A stretch of DNA of 64,000 nt from Raillietiella orientalis (Eukaryota): NCBI GenBank assembly GCA_036172245.1, contig JAYWIR010000045.1, positions 1,240,001 through 1,304,000 on the forward strand. Direction: 5' to 3'. Under the pieces are notes generated by a model. It saw only the letters and a program-made list of their open reading frames with translations, did not search any database and was not told the DNA's origin. Position 1 is the stretch's first letter, and every line of letters begins with the position of its first letter. Made by a program: the position numbers and the translations under genes. Shown here piece by piece: positions 46,701-60,689 of this stretch.

Positions 46701-49700
46701 GAGATCGAGAGTTTCCTGCCGGGACTCGTGGACATCCAGGATAGGGTGGTTCCCTTCCCTCTTTCCGGAAGGCGTCTCGCACTGCGGATAGGCTCCTCCT
46801 TCTGAGCTTCGAGGAGATGTCAAGGAAACCCAGCGGCACCAGGGAGCCGTCGTTTGCCCTCTCCCTCCCTCCGGATCACTGGAGGAGGCTCTTCGGTGGG
46901 AGCTTGGTCCTCGCAGGGGCGTCCAGGGGACCGGGAGCGCTTCCTTGTTTCAATCCGACGCTACCTCAGTTTTCTATCTCTATAGTCCTGTGGAACGCTC
47001 GTTCGCTTCTGGGTTCTCTTCTCACCCTCCCTCTCCCACCTTTTCCCTAATCCACTCCTCTCCTGAAACTCTTTTGCTTTGCTTCCTGGAAGCCGCAGCC
47101 TTCGATCTCGAGAGGGCTGACGGGAAGGAAATACCCGTTCTCATTTGCCTGCATTCGCACTTCCCTCCAAGGAACTGCCTCATCCTCCCCTTCTGCACAG
47201 GGAAAGCTTGAACCACCCCTTTCGAATTCATGAGAGACACCCTCACCAACCTCTTTTCCCCAACTGCCGGTTGAGGTCTGCTTCCGTGGCGCCTCTCCAG
47301 GGAATCATGGAGGAGAGGAGAGAGTTAAGGAGCGAGATGGAAGAAGAAAGAGGAGCCAGAAGACTGTTGGGGATCTGCCTGCTTCGTTCCATCGCCGGTG
47401 ACGACGCTTCCATTCCACGGGAAAATGGGGTCAGTCCGTCGCTCGGGCCTTCCAAGTCTAACCGCTCTTCCTGGCAGCACCTCCTTTCCCTATTGTCGTG
47501 GTCGCCCTCAGGAGTCGAAGTGGGGTCCCTGGAAAGTCAAATCTCAACCCTGGGAAGCGCTCGCAGCTCCATCTTGCGCTGGGATCAGGCTTTCCCATTC
47601 CCTTTACCTTCCTCCTGTCTCTCGGGAGACCCTCCGAGGGAGACGTTTGGTGCCTCCTGGCATTCTCCTATTCCACTTCGGACCGCCCCCTTTGTCTGTG
47701 GTCCAGGCCCAGTCGCTCGAACCCAGATCGCGTGGTCCTCTCTCGTGTCCGCGCACTCAACGGTTACCGGGAACGCGGCCGTGGTCCCACGTCTCCCTCT
47801 CCTCCCTCCCCCAGGCCGGAAGGGCAAGCACAACTCTTCAAACATCGTGTTGTCAGGGAGATCCGCAACATGGGGTTCGCATGGGAAGGTAGGAGGGAGC
47901 GTGTTGCTCCCGAGACGGCAGCCAGGATGCTGCTGCCGCTCCTCGCTCCCTGAACGAGTCGCTGGCAGAAGGGTCCTCCTTCCCGTCCAGTCACTGCTTT
48001 CCTCTCTCCGCTCGATGCGTCTCGGATTGGAGAAGGAAGGGGGAAAGGGAGGGGACAGAACCTCTCGATATGTGAGAAAGGGAACAAGAAGGGGCATCCA
48101 CCAATGCATAGGGTGGGTTCGCTCCCGCCATCATTGTCTCTTCCAGGGTAGTCCCGCTTGCTTCTCAGCGCAAAACTCCGCCATCGCGGGCTGGTGGCGC
48201 TGACCAGATAAGTACACTCCACCGTCCTGCCAGAGGGCATCAGTGGAAGTCGAAACACCCTGTCTCTTGGGAGGGCAAGGTGCTCTTTCCTCTCCCGAGG
48301 AATCTCGTGGCTCCCGAGGAAGGGAAACGCAAGGGGGAAGGAGATCCGCAGGAGAAGAGCCGCGTGCTTGCCGTCGGGCCTTCCGGCCCGGTGAACAGCG
48401 TGACAGAGGAGGTCCGCGAGCTGCGACGAGTGCGCACGCGCGATCGCGGCCCTCCAGCCCCTCACGAGGAGGGCGATCTGGACTGAGCTCCAGGAAGCTT
48501 CTTTGACGCTGCGGAGCACCAGCCGGTTGTCCAGATCAGAGGACGAAGCATCCAGCATCCGCGCCACCTTCTTCCTGCGGTGCATCCGGCCTCCTGCCGC
48601 GGGACAAGGGAAGGAAACGACCCGGATTTCGGTTCTGGAGCGCATGGAATCCGAGGGAACCGTCGAGAGGAGATGAGGGTGAGGGTGAGAGAGAGAGGCG
48701 GCCTGTGGGAGGTTCCCGTCTCGAGGAAGGGTCCTACGAAGGGAGAGAAGGAAGGAGTGACTTACCTGAGGAGGCAGAGATGGGGCGATGCCCTCCTTTC
48801 TCCTTCTGCAAGCTGAAGAAGCGGTGGTACATCCCAGGAGGGGGGGAAGAGACCTCAGGGCCCGAGTCGCGCGTCGGAGGCTCAGGAGCGGCTTGGGAAT
48901 TCCACCTGGTATCTCCTCCGGGAAGGCGGCAGCGGCAGCAGTCAGTTGCCTTTCCAGAAAGGCGAAAAGACCCCCTGATGCTTCCAGCAGGCAACGACGT
49001 GATCTCCACCTCTTCCCCCACCCCAACCCATCATCCCGGGTGTCACGTGCATTCGGGTCCGCCGGCTGGTAGTTTGCGGAACCTCTCCATGGCGCACGAA
49101 AAGCCGAGCTCTGAGCACGCCTGAGGCTTCGACGGCACTCCCGGCGAAAAAAAAAAAAAAAAAAAGGAGGGGGAGGAGAAGGGGAAAGAAAGAGAGGATT
49201 TCCAGGCCTCCTTCCGTGCCGCGCGTGCGCGCCGCAAGTTCCCCCTCCCCTTTTCCCGCCTTTCAGGCAGCTCCCCGTCTTCCTCCGCCCTCCGGACGCG
49301 GCCGTTTTTTTCCTTTCGCCCCCCTCCCCCCCCTCCGCGAATCGGTCGGACGGGAGCGAGGGCTTCTGGGCAGGAAGGTGCCGGGTGAGTTCCCTAGATG
49401 CCCTCTCTCCAGGGACTTGCCTCTGCTGCAGGAGAAGAAGGCAAGTGGGAGTGGGGCAGAACGGGGGGGGGGGAGATTGAAACTCGGGAAGGGAGAAAGG
49501 CGAGTGAGTCGGCCGCGCGTCACGCGAGGAGCACTCGAATCCGCGCCCGGAGTGTTCCGGCGCGCGGGACACGCCGGAGGAGAAGCAAAACAGACTCGTA
49601 AAAAGCGGAAACCCGAATTAGGAGCGCAACACACGCACGCGTGCGCACGCTCGAGCGCAGGTGCACACGCGCACGCAGCAGCAGCAACAGCAGCAGAGGA

Positions 49701-51329
49701 TCGCGCTCGGCTCTTCGAAAGAGAAGCCGGGGGCCTCTAATTTACGACGGCGTCTTTTCGGCACGAGGCGCGCGTCCGCGCGTGGCCCTCGGTGCGTCCG
49801 GGCGGACGGAACGGACGGACGGACTGTGGTGGCGTCGCCGCTCCCCCGCCTCCCCCGTGACGAACGCGCCATTGCGTGGGGGTCTGGTCCGAGCAGCCGA
49901 CTCCTCCGCGAATATCGGCTGTTTTCTTCTTTTTTTTTACATTTTCACCCCAACCCCTCCCCCCTCTCCCCTCCTCCTCCCGTTTCGCCACAGCTGATCT
50001 GGCGGGCTCGGGTGGCAGGAAGGAAGGGGGAGGGGAGGGCCGGTGACGAGGGAAGAGGAGGAAGGGTGGAAAGCTCCATGGATGATCCGCTTGCTGGCTC
50101 GAACGCCATCATCCGGAGGCGTCTGCTGACGGACGATCATCGAGAAAGTCAAGGGGAGGGGAGGGAAGGAGGGAAGGCAAGTGAAACAGCGCACAACGCG
50201 CACGCCCGCGAACAGGTCTCCTTCCTACCCCCCCCCCTCCCCTTCCTACACGCCCGCACTTGCGCTCGCGTTCGTGTTCATGAGCGCCATCTGTCTGCCG
50301 TTCCGCTCCTGGCGCCGCCGCAACGGATGTCGCCGCTATGCGTTGCGCGCACACGCGCACTCTGCACCGAGAGAGGAGGGAGAGAGGGAGAGGTCGTGTG
50401 TCATCTTTTCTTGCAGGCGGAGTCGGAGTGAAGGGACAGCCGCCTCTGCATCCTCTGGAAGACCCACAGCAGCGCTCGGCAGCAGCAGCAGCAGCAGCAC
50501 CAGCTGGTCGGGGGAGCCAGCTGCTGCTGGCACGCTGGCAGGAGGTCAGCTTCCGCTAGGTTTTCTTAGCGTCCCCCCTGTCCTATTTGTGCCCCGCGTG
50601 AGAAGGCAGGAAGGGAAGCGTCTCCGTCGGCAGCCCTCGATAGCCATCCCCAACACGCGGTAAGAGACGTCCTGGGGCAGCTCCACCCCCTCTTACGATT
50701 GCCATTTCTGCCGAAGTCTCGTTTCGTCGCCTTCCCACGCGTTTCCGGGAGGATGTCCATCTCCTCATTCCTTCCTCTCCGGAGCCAGTACCTCACCTTC
50801 CTGTCCCCTGGCTAGCTCGACCGACCACTCGGCGTCTGGGAACGAACCGTCCTGCCGGAACGCATCTGGACAGGGGGATGGAAGACAGACGAAGGGAACG
50901 AAGCTACCCGCCCTCCGCTCGCGCCCTTCCCAGGGGAGTCCAGGAACGCGCTCGCTCCCGGTCGGACTGGCACTCGACGGCGGCAACCAGCGAGGGGCTG
51001 CGAGCTGCGAGGGAGTGAGAGAGAGGGAGGAGGGAACGCTGAAGGACGCTGAAGGGAGTGGGAATGGCAAGAGGGAGAGAGAAGGGGACGAGGATCTGGG
51101 GGTGGAGGTTTTGGGGAGGGGCAAGGGAGGAAGCGACGGCTGAAACAGAGATGGATGATGATGAAGAGGTCACAGCTCCATCTTGCCCAGGGATCGGGCT
51201 TTCCGGTAAGGTGGAAGGAAGGTGGGTAGGGAGGAGGAGAAGAGGCAACAGCCGCAGAAGCAACGGAAGGAGAAGGAAGAAGAGGAGGATATCAGCAGCA
51301 GAAGAAGAAGATGCAGGAGGAGGAGGGGA

Positions 51330-51640
51330 GGAGTTAATCAAGAATCCGATAATGGTCTGCCGGGCTGGATAAGTGGCTGATTTATCCCGCTCGTAAACGT
51401 CCGGCGACGAGCCGCGCGCCACAAAGTCGGCTGCCGGGGAATTAACGGTCGCCTTTGTGCGCCAGCTGTAAATGTCCGGGGTTGCAACATTGTAAGGATG
51501 TTTATGCGCCGCGGACGCGGGCGCGTAGACGCAAACCAATTTGCGCAGGGATCGAGCGCGCCTTTCTCGGCGAACATAAATAGAAACTCTGGAATGCCCG
51601 CGACTCCTCGCCGCGTGTTTACGCGGCGCTGCGGGCTCGC
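51330..51640. promoter_or_regulatory. Putative developmental enhancer upstream of eyg-B
   Basis: High-complexity island in low-complexity GA/CT-rich DNA. It contains TTAATCA, TGATTTAT (Exd/Hox-like), GTAAAC, TGTTTAT and TGTTTAC (Fox-like), CACAAAG and CTTTGTG (HMG/TCF/Sox-like), CAGCTG and TGGAATG (TEAD-like). Confidence 0.45.
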
Positions 51641-54600
51641 CCGCCCGTGATGTACGAGACGGAGCGGCCGCGATTTGCGTGCCACTCGCGCCCCCCTGCT
51701 TGGCGCGCCTCGGGAGAGGAGCCGTGCCCTCCCTCACTCTCCTTCCGTCTCTCCTGCTTTTCCTCCTCCTCCCTCCTTCCACGCTCGAGCAGGGGGGCTC
51801 AGTCCCGCCCTCCACGGGCGGCTGATGCAAGTCCCTGCCGACAGAAGGGCGAAGAGCCCGCCGCCGCTCTCGGGCAGCGAGGAAGGGCGGAAGGGGAGGT
51901 GGAGGGTAGTGGTCGGGGCCGTGCCTCGCTTTGTTTTTCACCCCCTCCTCGCTCCCGGTGCGGGGCGTGGAAGGGGCTCTCCCCACCGCTGTGCACCCGC
52001 CTTCTCTTCCCGGAACGGACAGGTGGAGGCGGCGTCGACCGCCGTCGGAGAAGCCCTCTCGCGCTCAGTCTCTCTCTCCTGGTTTAGCACCAGCCTAGGT
52101 TTGGGAACGCTGCAAAAACCGCTCTCCGCTCCACCGAGACTGCCCCTTTCCTGCCCTCTCTTCCTTCCCCTCAGAAATGATCTCACTGGAGCTGCTGTGG
52201 GTCGAGTGTTCACTCGACCCGCAGCCGCGCCAATCACGTGGTACGTCGGGATCTCCGCGGCTCCCACGTCGCTCCCGACTGCTCTCTCGAGCTCTCCCTT
52301 CTCTCTTTAGCGACAGACTCTCTCCCTCTCCCTCCTCCCCACCCGCTGCCTGGAACTGCTCCACCTCCCTTCCTCCGTCCTTCCTGGCTAGCTCCCTCCG
52401 AGCGCTTCCTTCCCGGGAGCTTCTTCGGTGGGCGAGGAGGAGAACAGAATCGGCCAAGAGTGGACGTAGGGAGGAAGCTGACGAAGATCCTTCCACTTCC
52501 TCGCGGAGGGAGGAAGAAGGAAGGAAGGAAAGCCGTCACGGTGGCACTCGCTTCGCCGTCGCCGGGTAACAGACAAACGGCAGCGCGTTGCTCCGCAACG
52601 GAGACGGAAGGATACGTCGGTCTCCCGCCATGGGACTGCTCCCGCGGGAGGAGTCCCTGCCACGCGCAAGGGAGGGGAGAAGCGGGGAGGAGGAGCACAT
52701 GCCCTTCGGACGTTCTCGGCGGCTGTTTGGAGGCATGAACGTGGTCTTACAGCAAGCCCCCTACGGCGCCTCTCCCGGGTCCGCCCTCAAGCGAACCGCG
52801 GGAGCGAAACCGAGCAACCGGCAGCTCAGAGGCGCAGGCGCAACCGACGGGCGTGGTTCCTCCGCGGTTCGACAGAAGAAAAGGAGGACGACAGAGGGAA
52901 AAGGGGAGCCAGCGGAGCGAGGAGGTGGGAGTGGTGAGGAGGGGAAGGAGTGGGAAAGAATGGGTGAGGAGGGGGAGGGGAGAGATGGCTTCCCGAGGTT
53001 CCCCCACCTTGGGCTCTGCTGCTCCTCCCTAGTTCCTCCTCTCTTCTCAGGGTTCCTGGGAGAGAAGGAATCCACACCTTTTCCTGGCGACAGTGAGGAA
53101 CTGCGTGCCTCCTTCTTCCTTCGTTCCATATCGAGGTCACCTAAAGGAGGTTCCTCGACCGGCTTCCTCCTTCGCTTCCTTCTTCTCCCCTCTTCCCCTT
53201 GTCAAGAGCGTGTCTCGTCCGGGAGGAAAGGCTTGTTTTTTGAGAACATCTCCATTCTCCACCTCGCTGCGCTGCAACGTCGCTTAGCCAATCCGGCCGC
53301 CGCGGACTTTCCCCTCCCAGAACTGGGAATTGCCTCAGGCCGGATCCAGTATCTGGGGAAGACGTCCGGGAAAGCGGTACCGGCGCGTCATTTGGTCCCT
53401 GCCTCCGGAAGCTCTCGTCGGCGGGCCACGGGAAGGCAATGAAGAAGACAGATCAGCGAAGGAGGCAGCGGCGACCTTTCGCAGCATCCAGAAATCTAGC
53501 TCGTTGGCTCGAGAGGAAGTTCCCTTCCCCTGCTTTGGACCTGGAAGCGGGTCCGCGGTGCATCCGAAAAACACAGAAGCACGCATGAGCGTTTCCGCAC
53601 AGAACTCGGGCCGTTCCTTTTCGCCTTCGCTCGTCTCCATCCTAGCGAGGAAAGTGCAGACAGCCGCATAGGAGGCCAGACTGTCGAGCAGTTGCATCAG
53701 GATCCGCGTGCGTATTCTCCTCCTCTCTCTCCAGGATCTGCCGATGGGACGCTTGCCGTTATCCCGTCCTCCCTGCAGCGCGCGTGTGCTTCTGGGAGGG
53801 CGGCTGGCCGCCGCGTGTTCGGGTGGTCTCTCCCGGCCTTCCCGAAAACATCTGGGAGTTTCGGGAGCGGACTGTTGGCCTGTCTCACTCTCTCTCCCTG
53901 GCTCCGACGGCAGCCCGAAGGTCGATGGTTCCGGGTCGCCGCTGCCTTCAGCCGGGATGCAGGGGGCCAAGGAGAAGAACGTCGCCGTAAGGAACACGCA
54001 CCCGAGGTCGCTCCTCCGAGGAAGCGCGTTCGACACTCTCGCGCTCTCCCTCCTCGCCCTTCCTGGAGTGCTCCTTTCCTCCGGCGGGCAGGAAGCGGTC
54101 GCTCCTGATGCCGCCGCTCCAGACCGGAACACTTGCTGTTTCCCCGACCGCCGCCTCGCGCCGTGGTCCGTGCGAGGGGGAAGGCGCTGGAGTCGCGGAG
54201 GGAAGCAACAGCGGGTGACCCAGCCTGCATCTGGCCCCGAGCAGCATGCACTGTATCCTCGTCCCAAATGATGGCGGTGTTGTCCTCATGGTTCCTAAGA
54301 GCAGGAGCAACCTGATCCCAGTATCCCTGGTCTTAGCCGTCAGACGAGCCCCATCCTCTTGATCCTCCCCCTTACTTCCCTTTTTCCTCCCGTGGAACGA
54401 GTACCTATCTCCTCGAGTGCCCTGATGCTTCCTGTCCTCCCCCACTCCGTCCTCATTCGCTGCGTCGATGCCTGGCTCATGAGACCACGCGACGCTGCCA
54501 GGAACTTCGAGGACTCCCGCCCCCGGTCGTGCTTACTAAGTCGCTCCTGTGACCCCCTTCTTCTCCCTGCGTCCCACTCGCTCGCAGCTAGGTCGGAGGG

Positions 54601-57600
54601 GAGATGCTTGGAGAGCGACTCGCCCTCGCTTCTTGCAGCCTCCTTGCCGGTGTCCCTGCGCACCACCCGCCGTTGTCACCCTCCCGGCTGCGCCCGATTC
54701 CCTCTCTGCTTCGCCCGGGGACCGGTGCGAAACGAGGCCTCGAGGCGCGCGCGCGCCCTTCCTGATGACCGTCGCCGCTTCCTGGAAACAGGGAACTTCC
54801 CCGCAGGCTCCCGCGGAAGGAAACGGCCCGCGAGAACAAGCATGTCCGGGACTCCCTCCCGTTCCCTCCTACCTCTCCTCCTGTTCTATAGGAACCAGCC
54901 CTCTCGTCACGACCCCGCCTCCCTCCTGCGATTAGGGTGGTCTCTCCCGGAGCAGCTGTTCCCGGGGATCGTCGCTTGGGCGCGCGGTGTCCTCACCTCC
55001 CCCCTCCCTTCCAGTTTCGACGCACTTGTGCGCGTCCAGCATCCGCGTGAGAGACTCTCAGGAGATGACGCTTCTCTTGAGAGTGCGCTGTGAGCCCGGC
55101 ACGGTGCTTCCGACTCCGGGGCGGGTGATGGAGACATCAGGGTGGTGTTGCCGTGGAGCGCCCTCCGCCGATTTATGACCTCGTGCGGGCAGGGCAAAGA
55201 CGTCCGCGCCGCACATTCTGTCGGGGGTGGGCGGGTTGCGCGGGGAGGCGCCGCGGGGACGCTGCCGGGAGAAAAAGAGGGAGGGCGGAGGGTGCGCTGC
55301 CGCGAGAGGCCATCCCGCCTCTCGGAGGCCCTGAAGGCCGGCGGCGCCTCCAGTATGAGTCCACGAGGGAACGCGGCTCGAAGCGCTGAATGTTCCTCTC
55401 CTCGTTCCCGGGACGTGAAAGGAGGGGGAAGGAGGGGGGAAGCGGACTCACGCGAACCGGATTCCTTCCAATCTCGACCTTTCTGGCGCTCGCCTACTTG
55501 GGGCTCTCTTCCGGCACGGAACGCCTCCGGTCAGAAGACTCTGCCGTCGTTGCCGTGCGGGCGGCGAGAGCGCCTGCGGCCGGCTCTGCCGCCACCGGGA
55601 GGAGCGTCGCGCCTGCCCGCGCCGGGCGAAATTTTTCCCAGCAAATGCCGGGGGCGACCGACCGGCGATCCCAAACAAACGGGTCGTCCGCCGATTCGCT
55701 GCTCAGCCGCGCGTTTTCTTTATACGCAGGGCGCGTCCTTGATTCCGGGAAATCGGCGGCGACGTGACCCATCCGCTTATTAGGGCTCCTCTGGTGGCAG
55801 GTGCCCCAAGGCTAGCCCGCAGAGCCTGAGCGGCAGGAGGAACCGCTCGCTCGACCTGCGCTCGAGCTGCCGGAATTCCACAGGCCTCTTGTGACGCGGC
55901 TGTCCCGAGCCTTGGTGCGCTAGGCGCATCCCGTTCCCTCCTTCCTCCTTCCTAGATCTCTCACCTCGAAGCGGCGCTGCTGCGATCAGGTTTCCTCTCT
56001 CCCCCGAGGGAGGCGGGGCCGCAGGGAAGATGGACTGGGCACTTCGCCGGCGCAGCACGAAGAGCGAACAATCCCCGAAGTGGCTCTCGGATTCTGAACG
56101 CACGTAGGGGATGCCAGGGGGGGGAGCGAAGGGCGCTGGACTCGACTCTTCCCCCGGGGCATTGGGGGGAGATCACGACTTGATCCGATCTCTCCGCTCC
56201 CGCAGTAGTGACCGCCGCACTGAGAAGGCGTGGGTAGGGGAGAAATTTTTCCTCCCTCTCTCTTCCGGGGCAACGGACAGGGCGCCATCCCCAGAGTCGC
56301 CCATCCGCAAGAGGTCACTTTGAAGACAACACGCCGGCAGAAGGTTGCGAGAGCCTGGCTGGTCTGTTCTCGCTTGTGAGCGCGTCTTCCCGCGGGAACG
56401 CATCCGGCTCGGTTGAAATCCCCACCCTATTCCCCCATGGAAGGCAGGACCGTAGGATGCGCTACCCAGTCTCCTTGGACACCCACGCGGCTTAACCCAC
56501 CACCTCATGCTGCTTCCTTTTCTCCCGAACCCAGCAGGAGGAGGACGACGACGCCTCTTGGATATCCAGCAGCTTCGATGCGTGCCTTCCGCGGATCTCA
56601 TCGTTCCTGCTGTGGGGTCTTGTGGAGTTTTGCACCGGCCGTTACTGAGAGGAACATCCCGACTCGTATCGAGTAGCGGGAGGATAGGTGCGCGTGTCCT
56701 TTTTTCCGGACGAGGCAACGTCGCTGTTCTTCTTCGGGTCATCTTTCTCTCCCCGCTTCTTCTCGCCCACCGTTCGGAGGTCCGGAAACCAGGATTCCGT
56801 GTCCGAGGCACCTCGGAGATTGCTGGAAACCCTTCCTCGTCAGCCCTACCAGCAGCAGGACTCTTCCAGGCAGAGAATTTCCATCACCTCACTCTTTTTT
56901 TTTGGGGGGGGGGGGGGGGTGAGAGAGAGAGAGAGAGAAAGCAAAAGGGCATCTGAAGAAGAAGTGGAAGAAGCAAACCGTGAGATGCTGGAGGCACCCT
57001 CCCCTGATCCTTCCAGAGACCTCACCGGAGGAAAAGCGACAGAGGAAGTGCGTTCTTTGCCCTGCGGGGAACGCCCAGCTCGGCTCCTGTCAGGAACGTC
57101 AGGCTACCGAGAGGGTTGTGCGAGATGCACAGGAGGATATTTGTGGGATGTTGAGCGAGGTCAGCGAAGTCCCTGAGGAGGACGAAAAAGCAGCGAGGTG
57201 CAGAGCACACACAAGATGCGCAGAAGTGGCTCACAATGTGGGATGGTGCTGGATGTGCGAAACGTGCACGAACGTGCGCGGGGCGCACAGGGAAGGAGTT
57301 CGCGAAAATTACAGGAAAACGCGCAGGGCGCGCAGTGAGGTGCGCAAGACGAGCGACCGCACCGCCTCCCTGCTGGGTGAACCTCACCTGCGTTCGTTCG
57401 CTCTTAACGGTCCCCCCGTCCGGAGAGTGGGGTCACTGCAGCTGCTGGAACTGACGCGAGCGAAGGATCGGTGAATCCTAAAACAGTGGCTGCCCACCAC
57501 CCGCGTCCGCCGCACCAAGGAGGTAGGGTCAAGGGAAATTTTCCCTCCTCTCTTTTTGCAGGGAAGCGGACTCGGGCGCCATCCTCTGGGTCGCCCGTGG

Positions 57601-60600
57601 CGTCTCCGCTCGCCACGCCTGCCTCGCCTGTCGGTGGCGGAAGCGCGCGAGGCAGTTTCCGCAGCAGGTCCGGCAGAAGGAGCCATCTTGGAAGGGCAGG
57701 GCTTGGACGAAGGGTGCCTCTCGATGCGGAACGTCGGGAATGAGTTTCCCGCCACTCAGGACGGAAGCAGGGCGCTTCCCCCCTCCCTGTTTCTCCCAAT
57801 ACAACGCGTGCGCGACGAACGTGACGGCCCCGCGCACCGAGGCATCGAGCGCTCGCTCGCCCATGCGTGGAGCTGCTTCGCGTGCATGCGGCCCCAGGCA
57901 GCGGCGAGCCGTGGAGGAAGCTTACCAATCCGGAGCGGCGCCAGTCGCCCCCTCCCTGTCGACGAGCTGAATTTCAGAGCTCCCCCCCGATCTTCCGCCC
58001 TGCAGCTTCCAGACTGATCCGGGAATCCTTTGAAAGGTGCATGCGAGGAGCGCGGTGCGCTCGTGTCGCCCTCTGAGCGACGAGAGATGAGGGCTGTCCT
58101 TCCCCTTCCTCCTTCTCCCTCATTTCTCGCCTCTTCCTGTTCCTTCCCCTTTGTCATTTTCCTCTTGCTCCCCTTTTACCTTTCTTTCCGGAGCCCCCCA
58201 GGGAAGGAGCATCCGGCGGATACATGCTCATATCTGGAGTTCGTTGCGGGACCTCCTGGCAGCAGCTGCCGCAGTTTCCCTCGAATCGAGGGCTTCTCCC
58301 TGCTCCCCCTTTCCCTCTCCGACCACCGCCAGTGTATCCTTTGCTCCGCGTGCCTGCGTCGCAGGTAGCCTCCCCTTATGACACCCACGCGCGCAGGCCG
58401 CTCTCTCTCCCTCAATGGCGGCGGTGGGACGTCCACTTCCGTTTTCTCTGCCCATGCAAGCTGGCGCTCTCTGAATCCCTCCGTCTCTCGGATCCCGGAT
58501 AAGGAAACGTCCGACGGAAACGGGGGAGGAGGGGAGACACCACGGGAATAGTCAGCTGGAGAACTTCCGCAGGCGTTCCCTTGCTCTGTGGACGCCACAC
58601 GAGTGCGCGTCTCCCCGGCAACCGCCGCCTCCAGTCCCCTACTTCCCCTTTCCCCTCTTCCTGATTGGCGCTTGCGAGGAGCTTCTTGAAAACAGAGGGA
58701 GGGAACAAGGAAAGATTCACACCCACAAAGAGGGTGTGTTCTTCCCTCTACCTCGTCCAGAAGCGCGTCCCTGCCCGTCCTTCTTCCTCCCTCCCGAGAG
58801 TTGGATGTTCGGCTCCAGGAAGCAGCGCGGGGGGGAGGAGGATGGACCGGGATAATCGCAAAGAACCGGCCTCTTCCGACTTACACATTCCTTCCAACCT
58901 CCCCTCCTGTCCTTCTCTCCGCTCCTCCCGTTCTCCGGTACGGGACTGGGCTCCGATCAGTTCGGGGAACCATCGTCGTGACGACCGCGGGGAGCTTTCG
59001 CTGGCGCGCGGGTGATGCGGCAGGCCTTCTCCCTTGTCGCCGTCTTGAGTCTCTGGAAGGGTTCTCGAGGGATCCCGCCCTCCTTCTCGGTGGGGGCATC
59101 CGGAGAGGTGGGTCATCCTCCCCCCCGCGTCTGTCCTCCCCGGGGCGAGAGGCCCAGCAGTCCCCCGCTCTCCCGCTTTCCAGGCTACCAGAAGGCACCT
59201 TCAAGCCGTTTCCAGATGGGATGTACCTTTCCCGATGCTCACCCATCCTTCTCCGCTCATTCTCATTCCGCAAGCTCCGGTCGCAGCCTCCGCGAGCGAG
59301 GAGAAGCGTCCATCACCGAGCAACTGCGGATGAGAGCGTCTGCTCTCTGCAGGGGTAAACGCCGAGGCCCCTTTGTCTGGGGCGGCTGTCGCGGGCGAGG
59401 AAGCCCTCGGCCGCGCCTCGTCGTGGGGATTGCATGTGGAGCTTGCTGGGAGGGAAGGAAGGAGGGAGTAGGAGGATGCGAGGAGAATACGGCTTACAGC
59501 ATAGTAAGTTCACTCTCCTACCCCCTTTTTATGTCTCTTGCCTACCTGTAGAAAGGGGCTATGGGTAGGCAGGTGGGGGAGGGGAGAAGGGAGTTAGAAC
59601 AGCAAGGTTTCGCTCCTCCGCCCCCTCGAGGCTGCGAAAACTCTCGGCGCTCCTTCCGTGAGAGCAGAAAAGGGGAACTTTAAGGGAGCTCCGGGGAGTT
59701 TCCGTTGGTCCTCCGATGGTGGAGGAGAGACCAGGAGGTTTTCGAGGAAGCTGCAGATGCTGCGTACCCCCTCTCGGAAGAGGAGAACCCCCCGGTGTCC
59801 ACGAGAGACTACCGGGACTGCCCTCTCCCGTGAAGAAGGAACCAAGAAGTGGAGTAGGGAGAAAAGGGAGAGAACTGCCTTCCTTCCACCCCTTCCTTCC
59901 ATGACCTCTCCCCCTACCCACCCTCTGGCTGTCGGAGTCGGGGATCTCGAGCGTCCCGAAAGATCTCATCAGTCCCCCCGACCTTGCCGTCTCTCTTTCC
60001 TCACCCCACTCCTCCTCTGAGCCGCGGGAGGGAGGGCCTTCCCTTGCCCTCAGCCCCCGAATGGAGACAGGGTCCTCCCTCCAGTAGCAGGCTTTGCACT
60101 CGCGATGTCGCCTCCTTGTGTCGATCGCTCTCGCAAAGCTCAGCGGCGGCTGCCGAGCGTCACTCCTCAGGGGAGGAAGAGGGGCTGCCGGAAAACGATC
60201 GGAGTGACTGCCCTGTCCTGGGCTTCTCCCCTTTCCGCGTGTGAGGTCGCCCCACGGCGGAGGGGAAAACACTTACTCTCTGGGATCCTCCTTCCCTCCG
60301 TGGGGCGGGGAAGAAGCCGTGGGCACTCGAGCTGGGGAGCACCACCAGCCTTGCAGACGCGTCGGCGGGCGAGGAAGAGATCGCATCAGGAAGCGAGAGC
60401 GCGAGCGCGCCTCGTTCTCCAGGCAACGGGCGGGTGGCGACGGGAGAGGAGCTAGCTGCCCTCGCTCGGTCGCGGTTGCTTTCCTCCACCACTCTTTCCT
60501 TGCTTTTTCATCTTCTTCCTCTCTCCCTTTTCGAAAGAGGGGGGGGGGGGGGGGGAAGCACGTGGGGCTGGGGCGCGCGCGAACGCCGCCTCCGCCTCCG

Positions 60601-60639
60601 AGTTCGTGCAAGCACAGAGAGGTTCTGAGGCGGTCCCGT

Positions 60640-60651
60640 TGCCCAGGCTGA

Positions 60652-60689
<38 letters not shown>

